Source: Betaproteobacteria bacterium
GTDB taxonomy: Bacteria > Pseudomonadota > Gammaproteobacteria > Burkholderiales > Ga0077523
Reading direction: 5' to 3'
NCBI GenBank assembly: GCA_031393885.1
Contig: JANMWG010000132.1
Span: forward strand, 1 to 55,062
DNA length: 55,062 nt
Under the pieces are notes generated by a model. It saw only the letters and a list, made by a program, of their open reading frames with translations. It searched no databases and was not told where the DNA came from. The position numbers and the translations under genes are program-made. Position 1 is the stretch's first letter. Each line of letters starts with the position of its first letter. Below are positions 36,801-45,543 of this stretch, in pieces.

Positions 36801-37363
36801 ATTTCGCCGGCTACAAGAAGTTGATCGACCGCTACAAGATCGAGGAGATCGAGGCCGCGGCCGACGTCGTCGTCTGGTGCTCCGACGAGGCCCCCGGCTT
36901 CGTTCCCGGACGCCCGCAGGACCTGCGTTTCGTGGGTAACATCGTGCAGGCGATGCGCAGCTACGCTGCGGGCGAACTCGGGTCGCAGCCCATCGCGCTC
37001 GCCGAGTGCGACCGCGTGATCGCCATCGGATCCGATCGGATGATGGCGGCTGTCGGGGCTGCCCGCCATGGCGTCCTGCAACCGCACCTGAAACCGCATC
37101 ACTTCGCGATCGGGTCGATCAACTCGCCGATGCAATGCATGATGAAGGAGATCTGCGCCCAGTGCCTGCAGCCTCAGATCGATCCCGCCACCGGCGAACG
37201 CAGCTACGTGTTCTCCTGCTTCAACCAGGACCAGCCGCTGGATCGGGTCGACTTTCCCGCATTGGCGCAGCGCCTGGGCCAGAACTCGATCCAGGAAAAG
37301 CTCACCGCCCAGTGGATCGACCATTGCCTGATCCGCCTGCAGAAGCGCGCCGCGGTGGCATAG
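33854..37363 (+). CDS. Large fused flavoprotein: unknown N-domain, GltD/NfnB-like Fe-S/FAD/NAD(P)H module, and PyrK/NfnA-like FNR module with a 2Fe-2S site
   Basis: 1169 aa. Cys-rich segments [26 protein letters not shown] and ICNDCMKSC. Rossmann motifs [17 protein letters not shown] and [14 protein letters not shown]. The C-terminal FNR-like region ends [10 protein letters not shown]...FSCFNQDQP (C-x5-C-x2-C...C, as in PyrK). Confidence 0.75.
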   Translation: MTTLAAETLRLAFDCTFPDLYDTTGLERLDRVFLEQLARVDPALAFRIAEARLEPDALDRKEEAALLLEAGPHLEDFLAQLFGIETAAGALAERHHALAPVYAVKRLFVQRKAMNRIKPDAAALLDPATVERDLASAMGMAFSELEFSRSVTRWQQDEPVHATALDAAMRYAAWAAHTPEGQARHASGVLFKAPRKLDFQRLVPVETLGDGGITVHSLSHLRRRNGFALTDAGTDLNGALDQANYCIWCHEQGKDSCSHGLTEKAPAQGFRKSTFGVPLAGCPLEERISEFHKLKTEGLPLAALAMIVVDNPMVAATGHRICNDCMKSCIYQKQDPVNIPEVETRTLKDVLELPWGFEIYSLLTRWNPLNLRRPTPCRDTGRKVLVVGMGPAGFTLAHHLMNDGHAIVGIDGLKIEPLPAALSGVGTSGERTGFEPVRNVNALREPLDDRIMAGFGGVAEYGITVRWDKNFLKLIRLLLERRSAFALFGGVRFGGTLTLDDAFAAGFDHVAMCAGAGRPTILDLPNGLARGVRTASDFLMALQLTGAARTDSVANMQLRLPVVVIGGGLTAIDTATESLAYYPLQVEKFLRRYEILCAERGVGAVRKAWTEEETTIAEEFIGHARAIREERAAAVTHGRAARVIELLQGWGGVTVAYRKRMIDSPSYTLNHEEIEKALEEGIRFAENLTPVAVEIDTFGHATALLVESRQTAADGGSTTTTTALPARAILVAAGTQPNTVAGREDPAHFTIAGRYFQAVDEDGRPVTPERSAKPKVPQVLLSKHADGRAVSFFGDLHPSFAGNVVKAMGSAKLGYPVVSRALAATAPVSALSTAEFFSGLDADLRATVHQVVRLTPNIIEIVLHAPRAARSFQPGQFYRLQNFESLAPVSDATRLAMEGLALTGAWVDRDRGLVSTIVLEMGGSSDLCALLQPGEPVVLMGPTGTPTETPGGETVALVGGGLGNAVLFSIGQALRQAGSRVLYFAGYKKLIDRYKIEEIEAAADVVVWCSDEAPGFVPGRPQDLRFVGNIVQAMRSYAAGELGSQPIALAECDRVIAIGSDRMMAAVGAARHGVLQPHLKPHHFAIGSINSPMQCMMKEICAQCLQPQIDPATGERSYVFSCFNQDQPLDRVDFPALAQRLGQNSIQEKLTAQWIDHCLIRLQKRAAVA

Positions 37364-37371
37364 CCGCACCC

Positions 37372-38046
37372 ATGCGCTCAGCACTCGCCGATGCCATCGA
37401 CGCGCTGCTGCCGCAGACGCAGTGTCGCAAATGCGGATTCGATGGCTGCGCGCCGTACGCCGAGGCGATCGCCACGGGCAGCGCCGGCATCGACCGGTGC
37501 CCGCCGGGGGGGCAACATGGCATCGACCAACTGGCGACCCTGCTCAGTGCCGACTCGATGCCGCTCGATCTTGCCCGCGGCACTGCGGGGGTGTCGGAAC
37601 TCGCCCTCATCGACGAATCGCTGTGCATCGGCTGCACGCTATGCGTCCAGGCCTGCCCGGTCGATGCGATCGTCGGAGCGGCTGGACGCATGCATACGGT
37701 CATGCTGGAGGATTGCAGTGGATGCGGCCTGTGCGTTGCCCCTTGTCCGGTCGACTGCATAGCCATGGTGCCGATATCGGCCCTCGCGCCGGCCCATGAC
37801 GTGACGCCGAGACCGGAAGCGGCGCTGCCAGCACTCGCGGCGCATTGGCGATCTCGCCACGAAACGAGGGGACGGCGGCTCTCGGATGAACGCTTGGCGC
37901 GTGAGGTGCGACTCGCCGAACGCGCGGCCGGCGCTCGACTTCCCGACGCTGGCCAGGCAGCAGCGGCACAGCGTAGATCGGCCGTTGCGGCCGCTCTGGC
38001 GCGCGCCCGTGAGCGCCGTGCGGCAAATGTCGGGCGGCACGATTGA
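37372..38046 (+). CDS. rnfB: RnfB/RsxB-like ferredoxin (N-terminal Cys cluster plus 2x[4Fe-4S])
   Basis: [22 protein letters not shown]...IDRCPPGG, then [16 protein letters not shown] and [16 protein letters not shown]. Followed by nth, as in rsx/rnf loci, but no other rnf genes are present. Confidence 0.8.
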   Translation: MRSALADAIDALLPQTQCRKCGFDGCAPYAEAIATGSAGIDRCPPGGQHGIDQLATLLSADSMPLDLARGTAGVSELALIDESLCIGCTLCVQACPVDAIVGAAGRMHTVMLEDCSGCGLCVAPCPVDCIAMVPISALAPAHDVTPRPEAALPALAAHWRSRHETRGRRLSDERLAREVRLAERAAGARLPDAGQAAAAQRRSAVAAALARARERRAANVGRHD

Positions 38047-38732
38047 ATCCATCGAAACGGGCCGAGATCTTCCGGCGGTTGCGCGAAGCAAATCCGCACC
38101 CGACCACCGAACTTGCCTACGCCAGCGCGTTCGAGCTGTTGGTCGCGGTCGTGCTCTCCGCACAGGCCACCGATCGCAGCGTCAACCTGGCAACCGCAAA
38201 GCTGTTTCCGATGGCCAATACGCCGGCCGCGATCCTGGCGCTCGGACCTGACGCGCTGGAACAGATGATCCGGACCATCGGCCTGTACCGCACCAAGGCG
38301 CGCAACGTGATCGCGCTGTGTCGGCAACTGATCGACCTGAACGGCGGCGAGGTGCCGCGCGAGCGTGCGGCGCTGGAAGCGTTGCCGGGGGTGGGGCGCA
38401 AGACCGCCAATGTCGTCCTCAACACCGCGTTCGGCGAACCCACGATGGCGGTCGACACCCACATCTTCCGCCTGGCCAACCGGATCAATCTCGCGCCCGG
38501 GAAAAATGTAGCCGAGGTCGAGCGCAAGCTTCTGAAGTTCGTACCCGACGAGTTTCTGCAGGATGCCCACCACTGGCTGATCCTGCACGGACGTTACGTG
38601 TGCACGGCAAGATCACCCGCCTGCACCACGTGCATCATCGCGGACCTGTGCGAGTATCGGCACAAGACAACCGAGACGCCGACTGCGGAGGCCGGCGCGG
38701 GTTCGTCCAGGGCTCGTCCTCGCGCCCTTTGA
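38043..38732 (+). CDS. nth: Endonuclease III
   Basis: [31 protein letters not shown]...[14 protein letters not shown]...DTHIFR...[28 protein letters not shown] contains the HhH motif and the 4Fe-4S Cys motif. The TTG start overlaps the rnfB stop. Confidence 0.95.
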   Translation: MNPSKRAEIFRRLREANPHPTTELAYASAFELLVAVVLSAQATDRSVNLATAKLFPMANTPAAILALGPDALEQMIRTIGLYRTKARNVIALCRQLIDLNGGEVPRERAALEALPGVGRKTANVVLNTAFGEPTMAVDTHIFRLANRINLAPGKNVAEVERKLLKFVPDEFLQDAHHWLILHGRYVCTARSPACTTCIIADLCEYRHKTTETPTAEAGAGSSRARPRAL

Positions 38733-39163
38733 TGTTCACACCGTCGCGTGATCAGGCGCGCGCATTCCTGACCGATACGTGGCGCAAGAGCCAGGCCGGC
38801 GAGCCACTGTCGGCGCTGGAACGCATGGTGATGGGCATTCTCGTGCTGCATCCCGAATATCACCCGATCATCGAACGCCCGGAAGCATTCGCGGATCGCG
38901 ATTTTCGCCCGGCGTCGGGCGTGATGAACCCGTTCCTGCATCTGCAGCTGCACCTCGCGGTCGAGGAGCAGTTGTCGATCGATCAGCCGTTCGGGATCAG
39001 GCAGGCCTTCGAATCCCTGCGTGCACGGCTGGGTGACGACCATGCCGCCCGCCACGCGGTACTCGAATGCCTGGGGGAAGTGCTGTGGCAAGGTCAGCGC
39101 ACCGGCACCGGTCCCGATACGGAACTCTATCTGGGGCTGTTGCGCGACCGCCTGAAGCAGTAG
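38732..39163 (+). CDS. DUF1841-like protein
   Basis: [19 protein letters not shown]...HPEYHPII...MNPFLHLQLHLAVEEQL...HAARHAVLECLGEVLW fits my recollection of DUF1841. The ATG overlaps the nth stop. Confidence 0.65.
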   Translation: MFTPSRDQARAFLTDTWRKSQAGEPLSALERMVMGILVLHPEYHPIIERPEAFADRDFRPASGVMNPFLHLQLHLAVEEQLSIDQPFGIRQAFESLRARLGDDHAARHAVLECLGEVLWQGQRTGTGPDTELYLGLLRDRLKQ

Positions 39164-39193
39164 GGCACCGCCGGGGCGCCCCGAATCCGACTC

Positions 39194-39535
39194 TCAATAC
39201 TTGAGATGCAGACCTTCCTGGTGCGAGACGTAGGCGGCGATGTCGGCGATGTCCTGCTTCGAGAGGGCAGCCGCCATGGCATTCATGATCACGTTGATGC
39301 GCTTCTTGCTCTTGTAGGCGGCAAGGGTGTGCTTGATGTAGTCCTCGTGCTGACCCGCCAGCAGCGGATAGTCGGGCGTGATCGGCTTCGCCCCCTGCTC
39401 CCCGTGACACGCCTTGCAGGTTTCGAACTTGGTCTGCCCGGCGACCGGGTCACCACCCGCGATCGCCTGACCGCAGCCCCATCCGAATGACGCCATTGCA
39501 CTAGCCACGATAGCGACGCGAATTCGTTTGTTCAT
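39194..39535 (-). CDS. Monohaem c-type cytochrome (class I, c4-half-like)
   Basis: MNKRIRVAIVASAMASFGWG signal peptide, CKACHG haem site, and a distal Met region NVIMNAMA. Confidence 0.85.
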   Translation of the reverse strand: MNKRIRVAIVASAMASFGWGCGQAIAGGDPVAGQTKFETCKACHGEQGAKPITPDYPLLAGQHEDYIKHTLAAYKSKKRINVIMNAMAAALSKQDIADIAAYVSHQEGLHLKY

Positions 39536-39567
39536 GCTGTTTTCCTGCCTGGAATCCGGGGCGCCCA

Positions 39568-39897
39568 TCACTTGGGCGCGGACGAGTAATAGGCGGCCAG
39601 ATCGGCCATGTCCTGCTCGGACAGAGAGGCGGCGATGCTGCGCATCGACGGATGCTGTCGGTCTCCGGTCTTGTAGGCCTTGAGCGCCGCGACGATGTAG
39701 CCGGCATTCTGGCCGCCAAGCCTGGGGACCGAATAAACCTCGGGGTAGGCCGTCCGGAAGCCTTCGATGCCGTGACAGCCCTGGCACATCTGGGTTTTCT
39801 TGCTGCCCGCCGCCGCATCGCCTGCCGCCCAAACCGGCGCTGCCGTCGTCATGCAAATGCCCAGAGCCAGAAAGCTTGCGCCTAACTTCTTGATCAT
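39568..39897 (-). CDS. Monohaem c-type cytochrome (class I, c4-half-like)
   Basis: MIKKLGASFLALGICMTTAAPVWA signal peptide, CQGCHG haem site, and HPSMRSIA distal Met. Confidence 0.85.
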   Translation of the reverse strand: MIKKLGASFLALGICMTTAAPVWAAGDAAAGSKKTQMCQGCHGIEGFRTAYPEVYSVPRLGGQNAGYIVAALKAYKTGDRQHPSMRSIAASLSEQDMADLAAYYSSAPK

Positions 39898-39991
39898 GAT
39901 TATTTGGTGCCCCACAACGGGTTGTGTAAATCCCCTGAATTATCCGGGATACCACGGGGCACGGTCAACGCCCGAAATCAGGTGTCTGGCC

Positions 39992-40825
39992 TCAGCCTCC
40001 GGGCAGGGGAACACCTTCGATGATCACGGCCTTGTGGACATACCGCTTGTCGTGGGTGTCTTCCACGGTCGCCTCGAGCGCCCCTTCCTTCTCGGGAATG
40101 AAGTAGAACCGGAAGCTTGGATTGTCGGAGATGGAGAAATCGACATCGGCATCCATGACCGGCCGGCCGGCGTAGGTGACCGATACGTGGCGCACGAACT
40201 GGGGCACCTTGCTCGAATCGAAGTCCGACGCCATCGCCGATTCGTTGGGATGCCGGATCATGAGCTGCACCAGGGCAGGCTTGCTGGCTTCCACCGTTTC
40301 ATCGGCAAACCGGAACTTCATGGTGCCGACGAGATTCTCCGGCATGCGGTTCTTGTCGGCCGGCGCCGAGCAACCACCCGCCGCCTTGACCCACTTCGAC
40401 GACATGAACAACTCGCCATCGCTGGTCTCGGCGATCGCGCGCACGAAGCTGAAATCCTCGAATCGCAGGCGGGTTTCGATCTGCGCGCGCCCGCTCTCCG
40501 GGGTGAACCGGAAAATGCCGGCCACCGGCGAGGGATTGCGCTCGACGATAAGATAGACGTTTTTGATGTGGCGGCCGCTCGACTGGTCGATCTGCGCCTT
40601 GACCGACACCGGCACCGTGGAGGCGTCATCGGCCCGGGTGTTCAGATACATCCGGATCACATCCTTACCGTCGCGGATTTCCTTGTTGCCGAACATCATC
40701 TGCCGGATCGGCGGCCAGTACTGGCTCTGCGCGGGATCGGGCTCGGCCTTTTCGTTGGCGCCCGCGAGCAACGGCAGCGCCACCATGGCCACAGCCGCTA
40801 CGACGAATCTGACGAACGACCGCAT
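39992..40825 (-). CDS. Periplasmic SoxY-SoxZ fusion protein (quinoprotein-dehydrogenase-associated SoxYZ-like carrier type)
   Basis: Signal peptide MRSFVRFVVAAVAMVALPLLAGA. SoxY-like half ...ASTVPVSVKAQ...NPSPVAGIFRF...VRAIAETSDGELF...VKAAGGCSAP. SoxZ-like half ...LVQLMIRHPNESAM...VPQFVRHVSVTYAGRPVMDADVDFSISDNPSFRFYF. Confidence 0.75.
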   Translation of the reverse strand: MRSFVRFVVAAVAMVALPLLAGANEKAEPDPAQSQYWPPIRQMMFGNKEIRDGKDVIRMYLNTRADDASTVPVSVKAQIDQSSGRHIKNVYLIVERNPSPVAGIFRFTPESGRAQIETRLRFEDFSFVRAIAETSDGELFMSSKWVKAAGGCSAPADKNRMPENLVGTMKFRFADETVEASKPALVQLMIRHPNESAMASDFDSSKVPQFVRHVSVTYAGRPVMDADVDFSISDNPSFRFYFIPEKEGALEATVEDTHDKRYVHKAVIIEGVPLPGG

Positions 40826-40889
40826 CCTCACTCTCCCTGCAAGAATCTGGAACCCGGATGATAAGGCCTTATGCCCGGCACCCATAACC

Positions 40890-41831
40890 TTATTCCTCCC
40901 ACTCCAGTTCCGCGTAGGCCGCGGTCACGTTGCGGCGGTGAAACCGATCGAACGCGGCCCATCTGGATGCCTCCGACAGGCCCACGGTGTCGACCGCCTC
41001 CTCGATCGTCCGCCGCGCCTTGATCGCCGCACGCGTCTCACGCACGATCAGTTGCAGGTACTCCCGCTGGGGTTTCAACGCCTCGGGCCAGGGCAATGCG
41101 GTGCGCCCATGGCCGGGCACGAACTGGCGCGCCTCGATGCCGGCAAGCTGGTCGATCACGCGGATGAAGCCGGTGATGGTGCCATCCACCACCGGCGTGT
41201 GCTCGGCAAACAACAGATCGCCCAGCCACAGGGTGCCGGTCACCGGATCGAACACGGTCAGGTCGTTGTCGGTGTGCGCCGGTGGCCACGCATGAAGCAA
41301 GAGGGTACGGCCACCGAGATCGAGGGCGATTTCGTCCTTGACCAGCAATGTCGGCGGCACGACATCGCTGCCCGCCGCGAGGTCGCCGAGGTCGCGCTCG
41401 AGCGAGTTCAGGTACGGCCGCGCGCGCTGGCCCAGTGCCCGCGGAAGATTCTGGTGCCCCACGACGGTCGCGTTGTCCTGCCGAAAGGCCGCGGCACCGA
41501 AGAAATGATCGGGATGGGTATGGGTGATGATCACGTAGCACACCGGCTTGTCCGTGATCCGCCGCAGCGCCGCGCGCAGGGCCTGTCCGACCCGGAGCGA
41601 TCCGCCGGGATCGACCACGGCGACGCACCGCTCGCCGATGATGAAGCCGATGTTGGCCTGATCCCCCACGTTATCCGGCGTGCGATCGTCGAGGCTGCCG
41701 CGATGCACGTGATTGCCCGGTGCCACTTCTTCCACGGTGAAGCCGTCGAGCGGATCGGTCTCGGCCCGCGCTGAGGAAAAACCGACCACGAGAAGCATCG
41801 ACAACGCTATGGCGGCAGGATGACGTCGCAT
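40890..41831 (-). CDS. Periplasmic MBL-fold metallohydrolase (intact HxHxDH)
   Basis: Signal peptide MRRHPAAIALSMLLVVGFSSARA. VVDPGG...VIITHTHPDHFFG...HAWPPAHTDNDL...VPGHG. Confidence 0.85.
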   Translation of the reverse strand: MRRHPAAIALSMLLVVGFSSARAETDPLDGFTVEEVAPGNHVHRGSLDDRTPDNVGDQANIGFIIGERCVAVVDPGGSLRVGQALRAALRRITDKPVCYVIITHTHPDHFFGAAAFRQDNATVVGHQNLPRALGQRARPYLNSLERDLGDLAAGSDVVPPTLLVKDEIALDLGGRTLLLHAWPPAHTDNDLTVFDPVTGTLWLGDLLFAEHTPVVDGTITGFIRVIDQLAGIEARQFVPGHGRTALPWPEALKPQREYLQLIVRETRAAIKARRTIEEAVDTVGLSEASRWAAFDRFHRRNVTAAYAELEWEE

Positions 41832-41877
41832 GGGATAGGGGTCACGAACAAGACCCGGTATCCTAACCCGGTCCCGC

Positions 41878-41905
41878 CATTCCCCATTCCTCATTCCTCA
41901 TTCCT
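41878..41905. repeat. Heptanucleotide tandem repeat CATTCC(C/T) x4 in a divergent promoter region
   Basis: cattccc cattcct cattcct cattcct lies between the starts of the two MBL genes (41831 and 41962/41989). Confidence 0.85.
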
Positions 41906-41961
41906 TATGGTGATCGCATCGCGCGGTCGCCTGCGCCCCCCGTACCGCGAGCCTTGTCCGC

Positions 41962-42918
41962 ATGCCGTCCCGACCGTTGAGTTACCCGATGCTGCCGCGA
42001 GTGCTGGCAGCGCTATTTCTGCTGATGACCCTGACCTGCGCCGACGCCGATCCGCTCATGCCGGTCGAGGTTGCCCCCGGGGTGTACGCCTTCATCGCCG
42101 ACCTCGGCGAAGTCGCCCCCGGGAACGCCGGGCGGGTCGGCAACAGCGGCTTCGTCGTGGGCGCCACCGGCATCGCCGTCATCGACACCGGTGTCTCCCT
42201 CGAGCACGGTCGGGCCCTGCTCGCCGCGATCCGGCGGGTCAGCGGCCAGCCCGTGACCACCGTCATCATCACTCATCCGGTTCAGGAGTTCCTGTTCGGC
42301 AACGCCGCGTTCGAAGCTACCGGCGCACGGTTCATCACTCACCGGAAGAGCATCGACGTGATGCGACAGCGCTGCGACCATTGCCTCGACAACCTCCGCC
42401 TGATCCTGGGGCAGGAAGCCATGGCCGGGACCCGGCTGCTGATTCCGTCGCAGGCCATCGAGGGTGACCGCGAACGCATCGACATCGGCGGTCGGATGCT
42501 CGAGCTGTTGCACCCGGGTTGGGCGGCGACCCCGGGCGACCTGATGGTTCTGGACTCGATGACCGGTACGCTGTTCGCCGGTGGCGTGGTGTCGATCGAC
42601 CGCATCCCGGAGCTGCGCGACGCCGACTTCGGCGGCTGGGTGCGGGCCCTGGAACAACTGCCGCTGACCGGCGCGGGCGTGGTCATACCAGGTCACGGAC
42701 CACCGGTCCCGATCGGACAGGCGCGGGCCACGCTCGACTACCTGATGGCGCTCGACCTGCGGATGCGCAAGCTGTTCGACAGCGGCATCGGCCTGATGGA
42801 CGCCATCGAGGCGGCCGCAGTCCCCGCATTCGCCGACTGGGCGGGCTACCCGACCATCCACCGCAAGAACGCACTCGAACGCTACCTCCAGCTCGAACTC
42901 GACGAACTCGGCCGCTAA
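41962..42918 (+). CDS. Periplasmic MBL-fold paralogue with a degenerate metal motif
   Basis: Signal peptide ...MLPRVLAALFLLMTLTCADA. Collinear with 40890-41831 (VIDTG..., ...PGHG), but the HxHxDH position reads THPVQEF. The start is 41962 or 41989. Confidence 0.8.
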   Translation: MPSRPLSYPMLPRVLAALFLLMTLTCADADPLMPVEVAPGVYAFIADLGEVAPGNAGRVGNSGFVVGATGIAVIDTGVSLEHGRALLAAIRRVSGQPVTTVIITHPVQEFLFGNAAFEATGARFITHRKSIDVMRQRCDHCLDNLRLILGQEAMAGTRLLIPSQAIEGDRERIDIGGRMLELLHPGWAATPGDLMVLDSMTGTLFAGGVVSIDRIPELRDADFGGWVRALEQLPLTGAGVVIPGHGPPVPIGQARATLDYLMALDLRMRKLFDSGIGLMDAIEAAAVPAFADWAGYPTIHRKNALERYLQLELDELGR

Positions 42919-42990
42919 AACGACAACGCCGCGCCTGCACCTATAATCGCGATCGTTCGATCGATCGTTGCAACCTTTCGGGATCCTCTC

Positions 42991-43566
42991 ATGGCAAATC
43001 GCCTGTCCAAGATTTACACCCGTACCGGCGACGACGGCACCACCGGGCTGGGCGATGGATCGCGGGTGTCGAAAGACAGCCTGCGGGTCGAAGCGATGGG
43101 CGACGTGGACGAACTCAACAGCACCGTCGGTGTGCTGCTGACCGAGACGCTCGATCCGGCAGTGAATCTGTTGCTGGTCTCGATCCAGCACGATCTGTTC
43201 GACCTCGGCGGCGAACTCAGCATCCCGGGCTATGTCGCCATCCAGGAATCGCACGTGATCGCCCTGGAGCGCGCGCTCGACACCTACAATGCCGCGCTGC
43301 CCCCGCTGAAGGAATTCATCCTGCCCGGGGGCAGCCGGGCCGCGGCGCTGTGTCACATCTCGCGCACGGTGTGTCGCCGCGCGGAGCGCCGGATCGTGAG
43401 CCTCGCCGACGCCGAAACGATCTCGCCCCTGTGTCAGCAGTACCTGAACCGGCTTTCCGACCTGATGTTCGTGCTGTCGCGCACCGTGAACCGTGCCGCC
43501 GGGCGCGACGACGTCCTCTGGCGCCGCGACCGCGGCGCCGCATCCGAAAGCCCCCGCGAACCGTAA
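42991..43566 (+). CDS. ATP:cob(I)alamin adenosyltransferase, PduO type
   Basis: MANRLSKIYTRTGDDGTTGLGDGSRVSKDSLRVEAMGDVDELNS is the canonical PduO-type N-terminus. Confidence 0.9.
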   Translation: MANRLSKIYTRTGDDGTTGLGDGSRVSKDSLRVEAMGDVDELNSTVGVLLTETLDPAVNLLLVSIQHDLFDLGGELSIPGYVAIQESHVIALERALDTYNAALPPLKEFILPGGSRAAALCHISRTVCRRAERRIVSLADAETISPLCQQYLNRLSDLMFVLSRTVNRAAGRDDVLWRRDRGAASESPREP

Positions 43567-43584
43567 CTCACACAGAATCCCATC

Positions 43585-44145
43585 ATGAGCGTCTCGGACA
43601 ATATCGATGATCTGATGGCTCGTTGCGTGCTGCACGACCAGCGGGCCTTCCAGGAATTGTATCGGCGCACCTCCGGACGGCTACTGGCCGTGGCCATGCG
43701 CATCGTGCGCCGCCGCGACTGGGCCGAGGACGTTCTTCAGGAAAGCTTCGTGAACATCTGGAATCACGTACCGGAATACAGTCGGGTCAAGAGCGCGCCG
43801 ATGACGTGGATGACCGCGATCGTCCGCAATCGGGCACTCGACTGGGTCCGGCGCCCTAAGCACGAAACGTCGAGCGACGACCTCGATGAAATGATCGCCA
43901 ACTGGGAAGATGGCGCTGCCGGCCCGCCCGAGCGGCTGCAGATGGCCGGTGATCGCGTGCAACTCGATGAATGCCTCGGCCGCCTGTCCGGCCAGCAGCG
44001 CCAGTCGATCGCGCTGGCCTACTACCACGGGCTGTCGCACAGCGAGCTTGCCAGCCACATGGACCAGCCGCTCGGCACCATCAAGACCTGGATTCGGCGC
44101 GGCCTGGAAAAGCTGCGTGGTTGTCTCGAGTCGGCGGGGGTCTGA
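43585..44145 (+). CDS. ECF (sigma-70 family group 4) RNA polymerase sigma factor
   Basis: Region 2 DWAEDVLQESFVNIWN and region 4 LSGQQRQSIALAYYHGLSHSELASHMDQPLGTIKTWIRRGLEKLR. Confidence 0.9.
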   Translation: MSVSDNIDDLMARCVLHDQRAFQELYRRTSGRLLAVAMRIVRRRDWAEDVLQESFVNIWNHVPEYSRVKSAPMTWMTAIVRNRALDWVRRPKHETSSDDLDEMIANWEDGAAGPPERLQMAGDRVQLDECLGRLSGQQRQSIALAYYHGLSHSELASHMDQPLGTIKTWIRRGLEKLRGCLESAGV

Positions 44146-44147
44146 CG

Positions 44148-44861
44148 ATGCGCCTGAACAATCGTCACGCGAAGTCGATGCTGGCCGCGGAGTACGTGCT
44201 CGGCACGCTGCATGGAAAGGCCCGCGACCGCTTAGAACTCTGGCTGCGCACCGATCCGGAGTTGAGGCTGGAAGTGAATGCCTGGCAGGAACACCTCATG
44301 CCGCTCGCCACCTCGTTGCCGGAGCATGTTCCCCACGAACGCGTATGGCGAAGCATCGAGGCAAGGATCAACCCCGCCGCACCGGCGTCGAGCGGATGGC
44401 TGGCCAGCCTTGCCTTCTGGCGCTGGTCGTCGGCATTGTCGGCAGCAGCCGCAGCGGTACTGTTCGGTTTCATTGCCTTGTCTCCGAAAGACCAGATATT
44501 CATGCCCGCCAACGGCATGGTCGTGGTCATGGCCGACGACAAGGCAGACCCGCATGTGACCGTGGCATGGTCACCTGACTCGAGGGCGAAGCCCAAGCTG
44601 CGTGTCCGCGTCATGGGCCATGCGGAGATGGCCCCCGGGACCGCCTGGGAGTTGTGGATGCTGCCGGGCGGCGACCAGCCACCGAAATCCTGTGGCCTGA
44701 TCACGACCCACGACACGCAGTACGTCGAGATCCCGGTCGAAATGCTGCAACGCCTGTCCAAGGCTGCGGGTATGGCCATGAGCGTCGAACCCGCGGGGGG
44801 CTCGCCGACCGGGGCACCGACCGGCCCCGTTCTCTACTCGGGCAAGGCGGTCAGCATCTGA
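44148..44861 (+). CDS. Anti-sigma factor (RskA-like: N-terminal anti-sigma domain, one TM, periplasmic C-domain)
   Basis: Begins 2 nt after the sigma gene. AAEYVLGTLHGKARDRLE, TM LAFWRWSSALSAAAAAVLFGFIAL, C-terminal ...WELWMLPGG..P.S.G.... Confidence 0.75.
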   Translation: MRLNNRHAKSMLAAEYVLGTLHGKARDRLELWLRTDPELRLEVNAWQEHLMPLATSLPEHVPHERVWRSIEARINPAAPASSGWLASLAFWRWSSALSAAAAAVLFGFIALSPKDQIFMPANGMVVVMADDKADPHVTVAWSPDSRAKPKLRVRVMGHAEMAPGTAWELWMLPGGDQPPKSCGLITTHDTQYVEIPVEMLQRLSKAAGMAMSVEPAGGSPTGAPTGPVLYSGKAVSI

Positions 44862-44898
44862 CCGGCACGATCGGCGGCAGCATCGCTGCCGCCCGCGA

Positions 44899-45489
44899 CT
44901 ACCGTTCCATGTAGCGCAGCAGGCTCGAGCTGGTCTGGCGCAACCGGGCCGACAGCAGCGTCACGAGCTTGATGAGGATCTTCGCGCCGAGGCTGGGCTC
45001 CTCGAGAATGATGCGCACCATCGCGTCGCGCGACAGCACGGCGAAGAGCGTGAGTTCCTGGGCGGTGCAGGTGGCGAACCTGGGCTCGCCGTCGATCATC
45101 GACATCTCGCCCAGCGTTGCGCCCGCACCGACCGAGGTCATCGGCTGCATCGACGCGTTGCGGTCTTTCTTCATGATCTCGACGCGGCCGCGCACGATCA
45201 GCATCATGTAGTCGTCGATATCGCCTTCACGAATGATGGTCTGACCGGGCTGGGCGCGGTACACCTGCATCGCGCCGGCCAGCAGCCGGATGTCGCTGCG
45301 GGTGAAGTCGGAGAAGAACTTCGAGTGGCCGATCATCTCGAAAATCTGTTCCTCGACGTCGGTACCCACGCCGAGGTTCTCGAGCGTCTTGAGCGCCCAG
45401 TTCTGCGCCGCCGCGTGCGGCGGGTTGTCGTCGCCAGCGGCCACCAGTTCGGGCTCGAGTTCGTTCGAATCGGTCTCCACCCCTGGCAT
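44899..45489 (-). CDS. Cyclic-nucleotide-binding domain protein (no DNA-binding domain)
   Basis: FFSDFTRSDIRLLAGAMQVYRAQPGQTIIREGDIDDYMMLIVRGRVEI...LGEMSMIDGEPRFATCTA is a cNMP-binding fold. The N-terminus is acidic. Confidence 0.8.
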   Translation of the reverse strand: MPGVETDSNELEPELVAAGDDNPPHAAAQNWALKTLENLGVGTDVEEQIFEMIGHSKFFSDFTRSDIRLLAGAMQVYRAQPGQTIIREGDIDDYMMLIVRGRVEIMKKDRNASMQPMTSVGAGATLGEMSMIDGEPRFATCTAQELTLFAVLSRDAMVRIILEEPSLGAKILIKLVTLLSARLRQTSSSLLRYMER

Positions 45490-45543
45490 TCTGACCTCGC
45501 GGCTATTTCAATCGATCACAGGCGAATCATCACACGCCAGGGC

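Noticed and set aside
39194-39955. Single 253-aa ORF suggesting one dihaem cytochrome c4
   Set aside because: The upstream half of this frame is Arg/Gly-rich nonsense. The two haem domains lie in different frames, each with its own start, signal peptide and stop, so I called two monohaem genes.
42013-43635. 540-aa minus-strand ORF
   Set aside because: Antisense to the MBL paralogue and the PduO-type adenosyltransferase, both of which have clear family motifs on the plus strand.
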